Virus record (IMG/VR): IMGVR_UViG_2671181114_000018
Reading direction: 5' to 3' (one strand)
From: a virus
Lineage: Duplodnaviria > Heunggongvirae > Uroviricota > Caudoviricetes
DNA length: 29,945 bases
The notes under the pieces were generated by a model. The model made no database searches. It was given only the letters and a program-made list of their open reading frames with translations, and was not told where the DNA came from. Both the position numbers and the translations under genes were made by a program. Each line of letters begins with the position of its first letter. Within the stretch, counting starts at the first letter, position 1. Of the stretch, positions 8,055-17,378 are shown piece by piece.

Positions 8055-9225
8055 GACTCACTACCAGTGACTTCAGGCGCGGCACATTCAGCTCACTGGT
8101 AATGTCACCCAGTGAAAAGGACAGCGAATCCGCCAGCGCAAAGGTTTTGTGGATCTCCCGTCCCAGCTGAGAAAACGAGAACCGCGAATATGGCCACGTC
8201 TTTCTGACGTCAAAATCAGCGTTTTCACGAAAAGCACAGCGGATCATGTTTTCAATCCCGGCCTTCAGGCTGTTACGTTCGTCGTCTGTCAGGTTGGCCA
8301 GATTTCTGACGTACACCGTCACCGCCAGATCGTGGCGAGTTTCCGGCATGGCGTAACACTGCATATCGTCACCGTGGCCGTGATGCCCCTGCGTGTTGAT
8401 GTAATCATTCACCGCATTCACAAACGGCGCGGAAGTCACCCCGCTGTCCAGCAATAAATAGGCATTTGCGGTACCCGGTCCCCTCGGCGCTTCATGCTCA
8501 AAGAAAATCCGGTCAATACTCAGCCCGGCAACACCGGCAATCATTGAACGGTAAACCGCATCCGTGTGGTAATTGCCCACCAGGTTGAACTGGTTGCGGC
8601 AGCGTTCACGCAGTTCATCATCACTTTCTTCATCGGCACCCGGCACTGTCAGCCAGTTTTCCTCGCTGGCCACATGACTGATGCCGTCAACGGCCACAGG
8701 TAAAATGCGGTAATACCCTGGCGCAAGGTTATAGGCTCCCCCGGCTCCGGTGGCTTTCACCGGCAGCAGGGCACTGGCCGTGCCGGAAGGGATCACCACA
8801 TCGGCCGTGGTCGCCAGTTCGTACACCCTGCCGTTAATGCGTTCAGTCTGGATAACTGTCCCGGCCTTAACCGTCACAACGGCTTTGGTATCCTCCTTAA
8901 AGAAACGGATCACACCCTGTGCAGCGCTGGCGGGTTTCGCCGTCACGTTCACCGCCCAGGCCAGCAGACGCAACATGCTCCCGCTGGCCGTGGCCACAAA
9001 CATATTGGCCAGTACCGTGAACACCAGAACATCTTTCAGCCACATCACCGGTGCAGTCACAATGGCTGTGATTAAGCGCCAGAACGGTGACATGCGGGAT
9101 GTATTGGTGATGATGCCCTCCTCAGCCGCAATAGCATTAAAGCGATCCCGTACTTCAGCTTCTGTCACCGGCATCCCGCTGGTTTTCACTACTTCCTCAA
9201 AATCAACCTGGGGCTTTTCCGTCAT
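8041..9225 (-). CDS. Baseplate J-like protein (P2 J / Mu gp47-like)
   Basis: Track ORF is 8041-9279 (412 aa); likely start is the internal Met 'MTEKPQVDF' at 9225, giving an ATGA overlap with the upstream gene's stop. Size and position fit Baseplate_J. Confidence 0.6.
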   Translation of the reverse strand: MTEKPQVDFEEVVKTSGMPVTEAEVRDRFNAIAAEEGIITNTSRMSPFWRLITAIVTAPVMWLKDVLVFTVLANMFVATASGSMLRLLAWAVNVTAKPASAAQGVIRFFKEDTKAVVTVKAGTVIQTERINGRVYELATTADVVIPSGTASALLPVKATGAGGAYNLAPGYYRILPVAVDGISHVASEENWLTVPGADEESDDELRERCRNQFNLVGNYHTDAVYRSMIAGVAGLSIDRIFFEHEAPRGPGTANAYLLLDSGVTSAPFVNAVNDYINTQGHHGHGDDMQCYAMPETRHDLAVTVYVRNLANLTDDERNSLKAGIENMIRCAFRENADFDVRKTWPYSRFSFSQLGREIHKTFALADSLSFSLGDITSELNVPRLKSLVVSLENE

Positions 9226-9551
9226 AAATCCACCTGATAAGAAAGTGTGCCAAAGTCGTATGTACTGGCAGTCACCCAAAGGCGTTTCTGACTTTCTTCA
9301 TTGATTTCAACTGTGCCAGGCACTATGCGTTCATCATTTTCAACCAGTAATTCAAGCTGGGTAAAAATATCTGCCCTCAACGTCGGGCTTCGCTCCGCAA
9401 TCAATTGTGTTGCCAGTCCGCTTTCAATAATGGCGTGCACAATATCCTGCCCGATACTTTTACGGTTATTGCATAATTCAGGCTCATGACCTGCATTCAG
9501 TGAGAAATCACCATTATTAATAAGCAGGTCAATATAAAGAAATTCACTCAC
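9222..9551 (-). CDS. Small baseplate protein (Mu gp46-like / GPW-position)
   Basis: 109 aa directly between the tape measure and the J-like gene, translationally coupled on both sides. Synteny-based. Confidence 0.5.
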   Translation of the reverse strand: MSEFLYIDLLINNGDFSLNAGHEPELCNNRKSIGQDIVHAIIESGLATQLIAERSPTLRADIFTQLELLVENDERIVPGTVEINEESQKRLWVTASTYDFGTLSYQVDL

Positions 9552-11587
9552 GCATTAAGCTCCTGCCATTCCATTAGCTGGGAGGGTGAAAGTGCTTCTT
9601 TGGTATGAAAATGCACTTCACCAATTTTACGGCTGTTATCCGTCACTGATTTAGAGTTACTGCTTATTGTTTTACTGATACCACCGCGATCCACATCCTT
9701 TAACTTTCCACCTGTTGAAAGGGTATTGGCAGTCAATGTTTCACTGGTATTTGCAGTATGGTTGTTCTGTATTAATGAAGGTACCACCCCACCTGTAATT
9801 TTATTTATTTCCGGCGAAACGGTTGTGGACAGGTCAATATTGACGCCCGGAATTTTATTCAGTTTTTCAACAATCCAGTTCCACGACTTCAGAAATCCGC
9901 TTTTAATGGTCTGCCAGACGTTATCAAACAGGGAAACAATACCGCTGGCCATCCCGCTTAATGCCTGTGAGGGTGAGAACCCGGCCAGCAGCGCAATAAA
10001 ACTGTTCCAGCCGTCTTTAATCCACTGCCATGCAGCGGAGAACACGCCGGCAAGCCATTCCACCACGCCCGCCACCGCCGTAAACGCTGCAGTATTCATC
10101 ACCGCCGCTTTCACATCATCCCAGTGTTTAATCAGCAGGTAACAGCCCGCAGCCAGCAGGGCTATCGCCCCGATAACCAGCAGCACCGGCCAGCTCATCA
10201 GATTAATACCAATGCCGGCCATAATCGCCGCCATGCGTACGGCCAGCAGCGTGCCACGAAGGAATTTAAGCGTGATGTTCCATGCCGCGACGGCTTTTGA
10301 GGCAATCCAGACAGTGGCGGTGTATATCTTCGTGACTGAAGTCAGCGTCTTCCAGAGAGCAATCGCGCCCAGCTTAATAAGTTTTGAGACGCCCAGAACG
10401 ATGTTCGCTACCGCGCCGGCAGCAGCAAACCCCAACAACGCCATAGCCGCATAGCCGATAACACGCGCAATGTTGGGAAACAACTGCATCCAGCGGGCAA
10501 AGGTCTGCCCCATATCGGCCAGGCGATTCAGCACCGGATACAGGACGGGGATCAACGTCAGCCCAATGACGGTCTGAATAGACTTAAGGATCTGAACAAA
10601 GCGATCCCACGGTTTCACCAGTTTCCCGGCCATCTCCTGTGTACGCTTCAATCCGTCAGAACCGCCCAGCTCAGTGATATTACGTTGCAGTAAGGCCACA
10701 TTGCCGTAAAGATGTTTCACCACCGCTGAACTGTCACCAAATGCCGCATCCAGCTCCGCCTGGGCTTTCAGGTTCCCTTCCAGGCTTTTGCCATACTTAC
10801 CCTGTAACTTGATCAGCATTTCAGGCATGGACAGCATTTTGCCGGTGGCATCCGTAAAGGACAGCCCCAGCTTTTTACCGCCCTCAATGGCTCCGGTCAT
10901 GAAGCCTTCATAAGCGCTGCTGGCTTCCGTTCCCAGCGTTCGGTTAAGCTGCCCCAGTACGGCCAGTTGTTCATCCAGCCCCACGCCGTAGTTGGTACCC
11001 ACGCCGCGCGCACCTTCCATCAGGTCTTTGATGACGCCCATTTCAGTACCGAAGACCTTGCGCATGTACACCATTTTTCCGGCCAGTTGTTCAGCAAACT
11101 GGACTTTACCCAGCCGTGCCGCCTCGGCGGAAAAGTTGCCGTACATCTGCCCCATAAACTCTGCGGTATCGGCAGATGTTGATTTCAGTGCAAACGCCAG
11201 CGTGTTGGCGACTTTCGTCACCTTCGGCAGTTCATTCCCGGTCAGGCCGGCAATGGCGGTGTTAATACTTTCCGTGGACTGGACAAACTCCACCGCGCTG
11301 GCGCCGTAGGTCATACTGAACCGCAACGCATCACGCTGGACGGCCTTTAAAGCCTGATCATCAATGCCTTTTGCGGCTGCGTCATTCAGCGCGTCATACA
11401 TCTCAATAGCCGGCGACAACGCCCCTTTGATGGCCATCCCTGTGCCGGCTAAAGCCAGCGCACCGCCCCCAATCTGCGTAAAGGCCACTTTCGATTTTTC
11501 AGCAAAGCCTGTAACACTGCTCTGCACCTGCTTTAACGGGCGCGTCAGTTTATCAATCAGGCTTAAGGTAAAATCTAACTGTTTCAT
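9548..11587 (-). CDS. Tail tape measure protein
   Basis: 679 aa, Ala/Gly-rich helical N-half, several hydrophobic segments in the middle (e.g. 'LLVIGAIALLAAGCYLLI'), directly downstream of the frameshifted chaperone. Confidence 0.8.
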   Translation of the reverse strand: MKQLDFTLSLIDKLTRPLKQVQSSVTGFAEKSKVAFTQIGGGALALAGTGMAIKGALSPAIEMYDALNDAAAKGIDDQALKAVQRDALRFSMTYGASAVEFVQSTESINTAIAGLTGNELPKVTKVANTLAFALKSTSADTAEFMGQMYGNFSAEAARLGKVQFAEQLAGKMVYMRKVFGTEMGVIKDLMEGARGVGTNYGVGLDEQLAVLGQLNRTLGTEASSAYEGFMTGAIEGGKKLGLSFTDATGKMLSMPEMLIKLQGKYGKSLEGNLKAQAELDAAFGDSSAVVKHLYGNVALLQRNITELGGSDGLKRTQEMAGKLVKPWDRFVQILKSIQTVIGLTLIPVLYPVLNRLADMGQTFARWMQLFPNIARVIGYAAMALLGFAAAGAVANIVLGVSKLIKLGAIALWKTLTSVTKIYTATVWIASKAVAAWNITLKFLRGTLLAVRMAAIMAGIGINLMSWPVLLVIGAIALLAAGCYLLIKHWDDVKAAVMNTAAFTAVAGVVEWLAGVFSAAWQWIKDGWNSFIALLAGFSPSQALSGMASGIVSLFDNVWQTIKSGFLKSWNWIVEKLNKIPGVNIDLSTTVSPEINKITGGVVPSLIQNNHTANTSETLTANTLSTGGKLKDVDRGGISKTISSNSKSVTDNSRKIGEVHFHTKEALSPSQLMEWQELNA

Positions 11588-12032
11588 CCTGAACCTTTAA
11601 ACGCGGTGCTTATTCCGTTAGCAACCGCTATACGCGTATTTTCCCAGTGGCGATTATCCAGCCAGATAGCGGCGGAAATATCATCCACGGAATCCTGACC
11701 ATGCGGTAAATAATGACGCCGTAATATCAGATATTGTTCGAGTCCGTTCTGTTCAATTGCCCGGACTCGCTTTGTCAGTTTTTTACTTCAATTTCCAGTT
11801 CGGGCGCATAAAGCTCATTAATTTTCCCTGCAAGCTGAAGCGCTGCCCCCGGACGTTTAAGAATATCTTCCAGCGCTTCTTTACATTCTGGTACAACAAT
11901 GCGCATAAGATAACTATGGGCTGGAGCTACTTTATTATCCATCGCCATTTCGTTGATGAATTTATTATAAGCCGTCTGATTTGGTTCAAAGGTAATGTCT
12001 TTTTTACATACAACCAGATTAATTTTTTCCAT
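11584..12032 (-). CDS. Tail assembly chaperone, long form made by programmed -1 ribosomal frameshift (P2 E+E' / lambda G-GT analogue)
   Basis: Minus strand reads gtA AAA AAC tga: perfect X XXY YYZ heptamer (plus 11778-11784) as the last codons. The -1 frame from there is open for about 64 codons across the otherwise ORF-free 11588-11774 gap and stops at TGA (11584-11586) overlapping the tape-measure ATG. Confidence 0.6.
11775..12032 (-). CDS. Tail assembly chaperone, short form (P2 E-like)
   Basis: 85-aa ORF immediately upstream of the tape measure gene, ending '...EIEVKN*' with a slippery heptamer at its 3' end. Confidence 0.6.
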   Translation of the reverse strand: MEKINLVVCKKDITFEPNQTAYNKFINEMAMDNKVAPAHSYLMRIVVPECKEALEDILKRPGAALQLAGKINELYAPELEIEVKN

Positions 12033-12318
12033 AAATAATATTCTCTCTTAAATTAATTTCATCAACCAGCGTGTTATGACGTGCAGCACATTGCCCGTAT
12101 AACTCCAGATATAGTGTCAGTAATTCCGCCGCATCTTTTCCCTGCGTGCCATTCAGGCGCGGCAGCTGCGTGGCACATTTAGTTTTCAGGTTTTCCTGAT
12201 AACGTACGTTCGGTACTGGTGACGGCATCGTTGTACATGCTGACAAAATCATCAGACAGGCACTTATTGGTAAACACCGGCTTAACCACTTCCGTACGGA
12301 TTTCACGCGGTGGCGCAT
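12019..12318 (-). CDS. o-spanin (Rz1-like outer-membrane lipoprotein), overlapping the i-spanin in another frame
   Basis: Lipobox 'LMILSAC' followed by Pro-rich 'TTMPSPVPN'; the ORF starts inside the 3' half of the i-spanin gene and extends past it. True start may be internal. Confidence 0.55.
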   Translation of the reverse strand: MRHRVKSVRKWLSRCLPISACLMILSACTTMPSPVPNVRYQENLKTKCATQLPRLNGTQGKDAAELLTLYLELYGQCAARHNTLVDEINLRENIIYGKN

Positions 12319-12511
12319 TTTTCAGTGCCTCCAGTTTGTCTTCCAGCCGGCGACCAGAAATACCGGCAATATCAGCCAGCCTTTCCCCGGTCGCAGTGGC
12401 CGCTTTTGAGACGGTCAGATCGATGCTGTCCCGTTGCCAGCCGGCCGTTTTCCAGCCGGCTAAAAATGCCAGAACAAGGGTGAATAACCAACCTGACACC
12501 ACGCGATCCAT
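12179..12511 (-). CDS. i-spanin (Rz-like)
   Basis: 110 aa with N-terminal transmembrane segment 'WLFTLVLAFLAGW' and a charged helical periplasmic part; immediately downstream of the endolysin. Confidence 0.6.
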   Translation of the reverse strand: MDRVVSGWLFTLVLAFLAGWKTAGWQRDSIDLTVSKAATATGERLADIAGISGRRLEDKLEALKNAPPREIRTEVVKPVFTNKCLSDDFVSMYNDAVTSTERTLSGKPEN

Positions 12512-12852
12512 CAGCGCACCCCGTTGTGTTCCAGGCTGAAATGATTACCATCAGGACGGGTTTTAAAACGTCCGCCCCAGCTCCCGCCCAGCGATTCCCA
12601 GTATTCCCCCAGTGGCAGATAATCTTCCGTTCGGGTTTTGTATTCGCCCTTCACAAACAGATTAAAATCCACGGCCAGACGCTGGGTGTGCAGACTGTTG
12701 GAAATACCGCTGCCCTTCTTCGCGTTCAGTGCCGCCTGTTCCGGCGTCCGGTACGCCTCACCGAACGTCAGCCACATCCCGTTGGCGTTGGCATACTGGA
12801 TCAACAAAGCAATCATTGATGTAAACCGTTGTTGTTTCTCGCTCAGCGTCAT
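12511..12852 (-). CDS. Endolysin, peptidase M15 family (L-alanyl-D-glutamate peptidase type)
   Basis: 113 aa with 'HTQRLAVD' (H-x6-D) and 'DGNHF' zinc-ligand motifs typical of M15/VanY-type endolysins; lies between holin and spanins. Confidence 0.75.
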   Translation of the reverse strand: MTLSEKQQRFTSMIALLIQYANANGMWLTFGEAYRTPEQAALNAKKGSGISNSLHTQRLAVDFNLFVKGEYKTRTEDYLPLGEYWESLGGSWGGRFKTRPDGNHFSLEHNGVR

Positions 12853-13145
12853 TTCCCTGCCCCTTTATCAAAAATCCCTGTAAGGCCACGTTTGCGCAGC
12901 CAGGCTTCCACCACGTTCTGCCCCAGAATACCCAGCGCGGAACCAATGCCGGCCAGCGCAAGTGGGTGAATATCCGGGACAAAGTACAGTGCCACGCCGG
13001 CAATTAGTGACAATCCGCTGCCAACAATGACACGGCCAGTGACCAGCCGAAGGGTGATCGGCTCGTCGCTGTTGAGTAATTTCCCCAGTGCAATCATCGC
13101 CCCCATGACAGCCAGTGCAATGAACCCTTTTTCATACTCCTGCAT
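12849..13145 (-). CDS. Holin (putative)
   Basis: 98 aa with 2-3 hydrophobic segments ('FIALAVMGAMIALG', 'VIVGSGLSLIAGVALYFV', 'LALAGIGSALGILG') and a charged C-terminus; directly upstream of the endolysin. Confidence 0.6.
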   Translation of the reverse strand: MQEYEKGFIALAVMGAMIALGKLLNSDEPITLRLVTGRVIVGSGLSLIAGVALYFVPDIHPLALAGIGSALGILGQNVVEAWLRKRGLTGIFDKGAGK

Positions 13146-13157
13146 CCCTGCTGCCTC

Positions 13158-13613
13158 TTATCCAATCAGGTTTTCCGTGGCTTCCGCTTCCAGATACGGC
13201 ACCCCGTTGATGTTCACGAACTTAGGACTTGTCACGAAGTATTTGATTTTGTGCGTGGATACGCTGCCACCCTTCGGATCACCATCCAGTACACTGTTGA
13301 GCTGGAGCTTGTTCCCGAAGGTTTCCACCTTCATTTCTTCGCTGCCGGCTTTGGCGTAAAAAAGGAAATCCACCGGGGGAATACCCCGCCATGAACCCGC
13401 TGAACGGGCTTTGGCCGTCAGTACCTGAAGCACTTTTGAGCTGACTTCAATTTCCCCTTCGGCGGCAACATCGCCGTCAATATAGCCGTCCGGGACACCG
13501 CGTGTCTGGGCTGCGGCGCTGTTGTCGGTGATATCCAGCGAAATTTTTTCAATGTGGATCAGGTCGCCGTCCACGTAGACGTCAAAGGACATCCCTGAAA
13601 TACGTTTGGTCAT
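13158..13613 (-). CDS. Tail tube protein (putative)
   Basis: 151-aa ORF directly downstream of the putative sheath gene, overlapping stop/start. Sheath-tube gene-pair logic; no motif verified. Confidence 0.5.
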   Translation of the reverse strand: MTKRISGMSFDVYVDGDLIHIEKISLDITDNSAAAQTRGVPDGYIDGDVAAEGEIEVSSKVLQVLTAKARSAGSWRGIPPVDFLFYAKAGSEEMKVETFGNKLQLNSVLDGDPKGGSVSTHKIKYFVTSPKFVNINGVPYLEAEATENLIG

Positions 13614-14737
13614 GCGCTGGCCTCCAGACTCGCATCCAGTAACAGACTGATGGTGATTTGCAGTGGTACTTCATACGTACGCACCACAATGTAGATATCC
13701 ACCGCCTTTTTGTTCTTCCAGACAATGGTCACGTCACCGTCCTGCGGTGGCTTCACTTCGCCCGGAAATGACACGCCGTTAATACTGGCCGCCGTGGACA
13801 TTTCACGCAGCGGACGGGCAAACAGCGTCTGGTGTGCGGCAATACTGCCCGGTGTACTGTTCAGTGAGCGATCGGCAATCTTACCGATGGCCAGCAGACG
13901 GACACGACGTGCTGCCTTATCCACAATACGCAGCGTCTCAATGGACTGATAATCACCGCCCTCAACGTCGAGTGTACGACCGTCAGACCAGTAAAAGCCG
14001 TCATAGTCCGGATACCACATCGGCACGCTGTAGCGCTGTGCCTCCAGCGCCTGAAGGGTCGCCAGCTCCAGCGTTGCCCCTGCTCCATCTTTCGGCAGTT
14101 CGTCGCTACCCAGGCTCAGTAATGGTCCGGTTTTTACCCGCGCCGGACTGTCAGCGATGGTAACAGCGCGATTACAGAGGCGACCGGCAAGCACGCCCGG
14201 ATCATTCCCCCAGAGGCGCGGAACCAGTTGCACCGATTTTTCAGCAATACCCTGCTGAAGGGTGGACAGACGTTTCAGATAATCCGCCTGTGATTCATCC
14301 TCCTGCATTCCCTGTACGGCCAGAATGAACCACACCCAGCGGCCGTATTTTGCAATCAGTTCAGATCGCAGCGTTGCCGCCTGGTTAATCTGCTCTTTTG
14401 CCGCCACATCATCAGACAGCACCACACCTTCCACCGAACAGGAAACCTGTGCAGCTTTGACGGCATCAACCCACGCCCCCGGCTCACTGTCAGCGGCCAG
14501 CACATGGATAAATCCCCACCAGTTCTGTCCGGCGTTCGCCAGTGCGGCCAGAACATCGCTTTTTAACGGGCTGTCCCCCTCACCCAGCAGCGCATCAAAA
14601 TCGCTCTGTGCGTTAACTGCCTGTGTTTTCCCTACATTTTTGGTTCCCGTACCGATAAACAGCAGCGTGCGCTCCACTTCCGTGGTTTCACCCAGCAGCT
14701 GATTTACCTGGTTTACGGTCACAATTGGCCAGGTCAT
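13610..14737 (-). CDS. Tail sheath protein (putative)
   Basis: 375-aa ORF followed by a small tube-size ORF, downstream of the tail-completion genes. Synteny-based. Confidence 0.5.
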   Translation of the reverse strand: MTWPIVTVNQVNQLLGETTEVERTLLFIGTGTKNVGKTQAVNAQSDFDALLGEGDSPLKSDVLAALANAGQNWWGFIHVLAADSEPGAWVDAVKAAQVSCSVEGVVLSDDVAAKEQINQAATLRSELIAKYGRWVWFILAVQGMQEDESQADYLKRLSTLQQGIAEKSVQLVPRLWGNDPGVLAGRLCNRAVTIADSPARVKTGPLLSLGSDELPKDGAGATLELATLQALEAQRYSVPMWYPDYDGFYWSDGRTLDVEGGDYQSIETLRIVDKAARRVRLLAIGKIADRSLNSTPGSIAAHQTLFARPLREMSTAASINGVSFPGEVKPPQDGDVTIVWKNKKAVDIYIVVRTYEVPLQITISLLLDASLEASA

Positions 14738-15438
14738 GATCTCCCCCTGATATCCTGCGCGTTAACATCCCAGCCGAACCCGATAGCCTGAAGCTGTCGC
14801 GCCAGCGCTTTGTTAAAGTCATCCTGACCGATCCCCAGAAATCCCCTGGCAGGTAAATCTATCTGCCAGGATGTTTTGACCGGCTTGTCCTCCAGTATCC
14901 GGATAAGCAAACCTGCCTGTCTGGCGGTCATTTTTTCCTGTATTTCCTTATATCCGGGCTTGCGCCAGCGCTTGCCGCGCCTGACTTTATACCCGGCCTT
15001 ACGCAGACGTTTCGCCTGTCGCAGTGATGCAGGTTTATCCCCCTGCTCACGGCCTTCCACCTGCTTGCGGTTGACGGTCACGCTCATGCCGTTCTGCTGG
15101 ACATAACCCACCACGCCGGCAGGCAGATTTCCCTTCGCATTCCGGTAATTACCACCGGTCAGATACAGCCTGACAGACTCCGTTTCTGGCATTTCACGGA
15201 TGCGGATAAGTTTCGGCATATTGCGCAACATTTTGCCTTTACGCCGGGTCTGTCTCCCCTGCCACTTATCCCCCTCCGGTGACTGCTGATTACGCACATT
15301 GCGCTTTGCTGCGGCTTCCACGCCGTATTTCGCCATTCGCCACAGCAGCCGGCGACGTTTGGCAGGAGGCAAATCCAGCTTTTTCAGCGCCTCCTGTAGC
15401 TGGCGGAACTGTTCCTGGTTCAGTTCGCCATTTATCAT
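14734..15438 (-). CDS. Virion morphogenesis / tail completion protein (P2 S-like)
   Basis: 234 aa, very basic C-proximal region, positioned after the R-like gene as in P2 (L-...-R-S). Confidence 0.5.
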   Translation of the reverse strand: MINGELNQEQFRQLQEALKKLDLPPAKRRRLLWRMAKYGVEAAAKRNVRNQQSPEGDKWQGRQTRRKGKMLRNMPKLIRIREMPETESVRLYLTGGNYRNAKGNLPAGVVGYVQQNGMSVTVNRKQVEGREQGDKPASLRQAKRLRKAGYKVRRGKRWRKPGYKEIQEKMTARQAGLLIRILEDKPVKTSWQIDLPARGFLGIGQDDFNKALARQLQAIGFGWDVNAQDIRGRS

Positions 15439-15917
15439 TCCTGCCCCTCATTGACGGGGATCACCGTCACCTCATCCGCCGTCCAGACTTCGGGATTTGC
15501 CAGCTTCCAGCGCTGGCCATCAAACGGGATCTGACCTTTGGGATCGGGGATCAGATTCAGTTCCTCCACCATTGGCAGCGTCACCACCATGATGGCGGTT
15601 TCCTGGTCGATGGTTTCAATATCAAATTCCGGCAGTTCGGCATCAATGCCGGTTTCCTCAAAGAGCGCCCGCTCATCCTGGCAAAGCCACGACATAAACA
15701 ACGCCATCAGGATTTTGGGATCGTACTCGCGGTAGGGATAACGCTCCCACGTCAGCACAGCGTTATAGCGAATGATGGCAATGCGATACTGCCCCAGCCC
15801 GGTGTCACGCTGTGCCGGGATGAATGCGATTTCATCCATCTGGCTGTCAAATCCCTGCATTGCCCGTTTGGGCATGTTCGCAATGAGAAAATCCGTTAAT
15901 TCGGTGAGCTGGCTCAT
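15435..15917 (-). CDS. Tail completion protein (P2 R-like)
   Basis: 160 aa immediately after the head completion gene, translationally coupled; size matches P2 gpR. Confidence 0.5.
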   Translation of the reverse strand: MSQLTELTDFLIANMPKRAMQGFDSQMDEIAFIPAQRDTGLGQYRIAIIRYNAVLTWERYPYREYDPKILMALFMSWLCQDERALFEETGIDAELPEFDIETIDQETAIMVVTLPMVEELNLIPDPKGQIPFDGQRWKLANPEVWTADEVTVIPVNEGQE

Positions 15918-16405
15918 ATCATGGCCACCGTGATGCGTTTCAGTCCTTTAATACGCCGTACCGCCAGCGTGGATTCCGCTATCAGGCTGGATCGGGTTTC
16001 ATCGCTTTCCTGCCCCGGATGGCTTTCACGGCGACCAACAGACGCAAATTCGCCCATCAGGTCAGCTTTGGCGCGGGCAAAAACAGCCTTGCGGTAACGG
16101 GCGCACAACAGATTTTCACCGTCAATCTCAACGCCCGGAACGTCCGCCGCGCTTGCATGGCCACTGAGGCGACAATCTGCCACTACCCTGACCAGATCAT
16201 CATTGATTTCACCGGCTGCGGTCAGCAGCGCCTGACGGATGGTGGCTGCGTCGATATCGGCAGGAATAGCACGCTGGGACTGAAAATCCTTCACGCTCAG
16301 GTCTGGCCAGAAGCCATCATTCGTCAGAATGGCATCATCAAAATCAATTGCAGTTCCGCTGAACATCCTGTTCCTCCGGAAAAAAGCGGGCTGGCCGGTT
16401 TCCAC
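15914..16405 (-). CDS. Head completion/stabilisation protein (P2 L-like)
   Basis: 163 aa, last gene of the O-N-M-L capsid block; position and size as P2 gpL. Confidence 0.6.
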   Translation of the reverse strand: METGQPAFFRRNRMFSGTAIDFDDAILTNDGFWPDLSVKDFQSQRAIPADIDAATIRQALLTAAGEINDDLVRVVADCRLSGHASAADVPGVEIDGENLLCARYRKAVFARAKADLMGEFASVGRRESHPGQESDETRSSLIAESTLAVRRIKGLKRITVAMI

Positions 16406-16459
16406 GGGCGATACGCTGATGCGATCCCCTCCACCGCGCCCGCTTTCGGGTCGGTAGTC

Positions 16460-16651
16460 TTATTCGCCGCTGACTGCGGCCTGAATCTCACCTTCTTCAA
16501 ACCACGAATCAACCGCACGGCCATCAGCAGCCTGATAGTGGATCAGATACTGATTGCAGCAGTGGGTGTATTCTGCACGGGCTTTCACATGCCCTTTCTC
16601 ACCGCTGACAGAAATCTTCACTGCTTGCCCAAGTGAATGTTTAAACCCCAT
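16460..16651 (-). CDS. Small hypothetical protein (possible moron between M and L)
   Basis: 63-aa ORF filling the gap between the M-like and L-like genes; not part of the canonical P2 set. Confidence 0.3.
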   Translation of the reverse strand: MGFKHSLGQAVKISVSGEKGHVKARAEYTHCCNQYLIHYQAADGRAVDSWFEEGEIQAAVSGE

Positions 16652-16669
16652 TTTTGAACTCTCCGATGA

Positions 16670-17368
16670 CTATTTTTCAAGCGCCCGCAGACGGGCAGCG
16701 ATACGCTGCAACATCGTGCCAACGCCACATTTAGGGTCGAATCCCTTCGCCTGCTCCAGCAAATCCTTCGCCCGGAGCAATACATCCCTGTCTTCCGTTG
16801 CCGCTGCGCGTGGCTCTCCGTTCTCATCGCGTAGCAGGTGCAGACCGGCAAACTTCACGTATTTGGCCTTAATGACCTCATACACATTCCAGTGCTGCAT
16901 AACGTTTCCCAGCGTGCGGCTGAAATACGGCTCCACATCCTGCCCCTGTGCGGCTTCCGTCTCCGCCCAGGCCAGTACCGTATCGGCCACAAACACCGGG
17001 AACGCACTGCCGAACGCGGCCGGGGTTTCCTGTCCCCGTTCGATGGCCACATCCGCCCAGTCCAGCGCCTGATCAAACTGGCCAGTATCAAACAGCCAGA
17101 CGACACACCAGGCAAAAACGGGATTCTGATGCGTACTGTCACTTTCCAGCCAGGTTTGTGCGGTCGGCATCCAGCGGGGCAACAGCACATCGCGCTTGAA
17201 CTCCATACGCTCTGCACGGTTGCTAATCGCTGCGGCCGCTGCCACATCCTTTTCCAGCGCGGCAATCTGGACATGCAGACTGGTTTCGCTGTCAAGCGAC
17301 TGCTGCTGACGCAGTAACCGCTCCGCCTCTATACGTGCACTGTGTCGCTGTGCCGGTGACAGTTGCAT
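16670..17368 (-). CDS. Terminase endonuclease (small) subunit (P2 M-like)
   Basis: 232 aa immediately downstream of the major capsid gene; order O-N-M-L and size match P2 gpM. Confidence 0.65.
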   Translation of the reverse strand: MQLSPAQRHSARIEAERLLRQQQSLDSETSLHVQIAALEKDVAAAAAISNRAERMEFKRDVLLPRWMPTAQTWLESDSTHQNPVFAWCVVWLFDTGQFDQALDWADVAIERGQETPAAFGSAFPVFVADTVLAWAETEAAQGQDVEPYFSRTLGNVMQHWNVYEVIKAKYVKFAGLHLLRDENGEPRAAATEDRDVLLRAKDLLEQAKGFDPKCGVGTMLQRIAARLRALEK

Positions 17369-17378
17369 CAGTTCCCCC

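Noticed and set aside
16554-17317. Cluster of overlapping ORFs (16554-17072 +, 16618-16851 -, 16838-17317 +, 16855-17295 -, 16948-17199 +) over the small terminase gene
   Set aside because: All overlap the 232-aa M-like gene that fits the O-N-M-L synteny; alternative frames give Arg/Pro/Cys-rich junk sequence.
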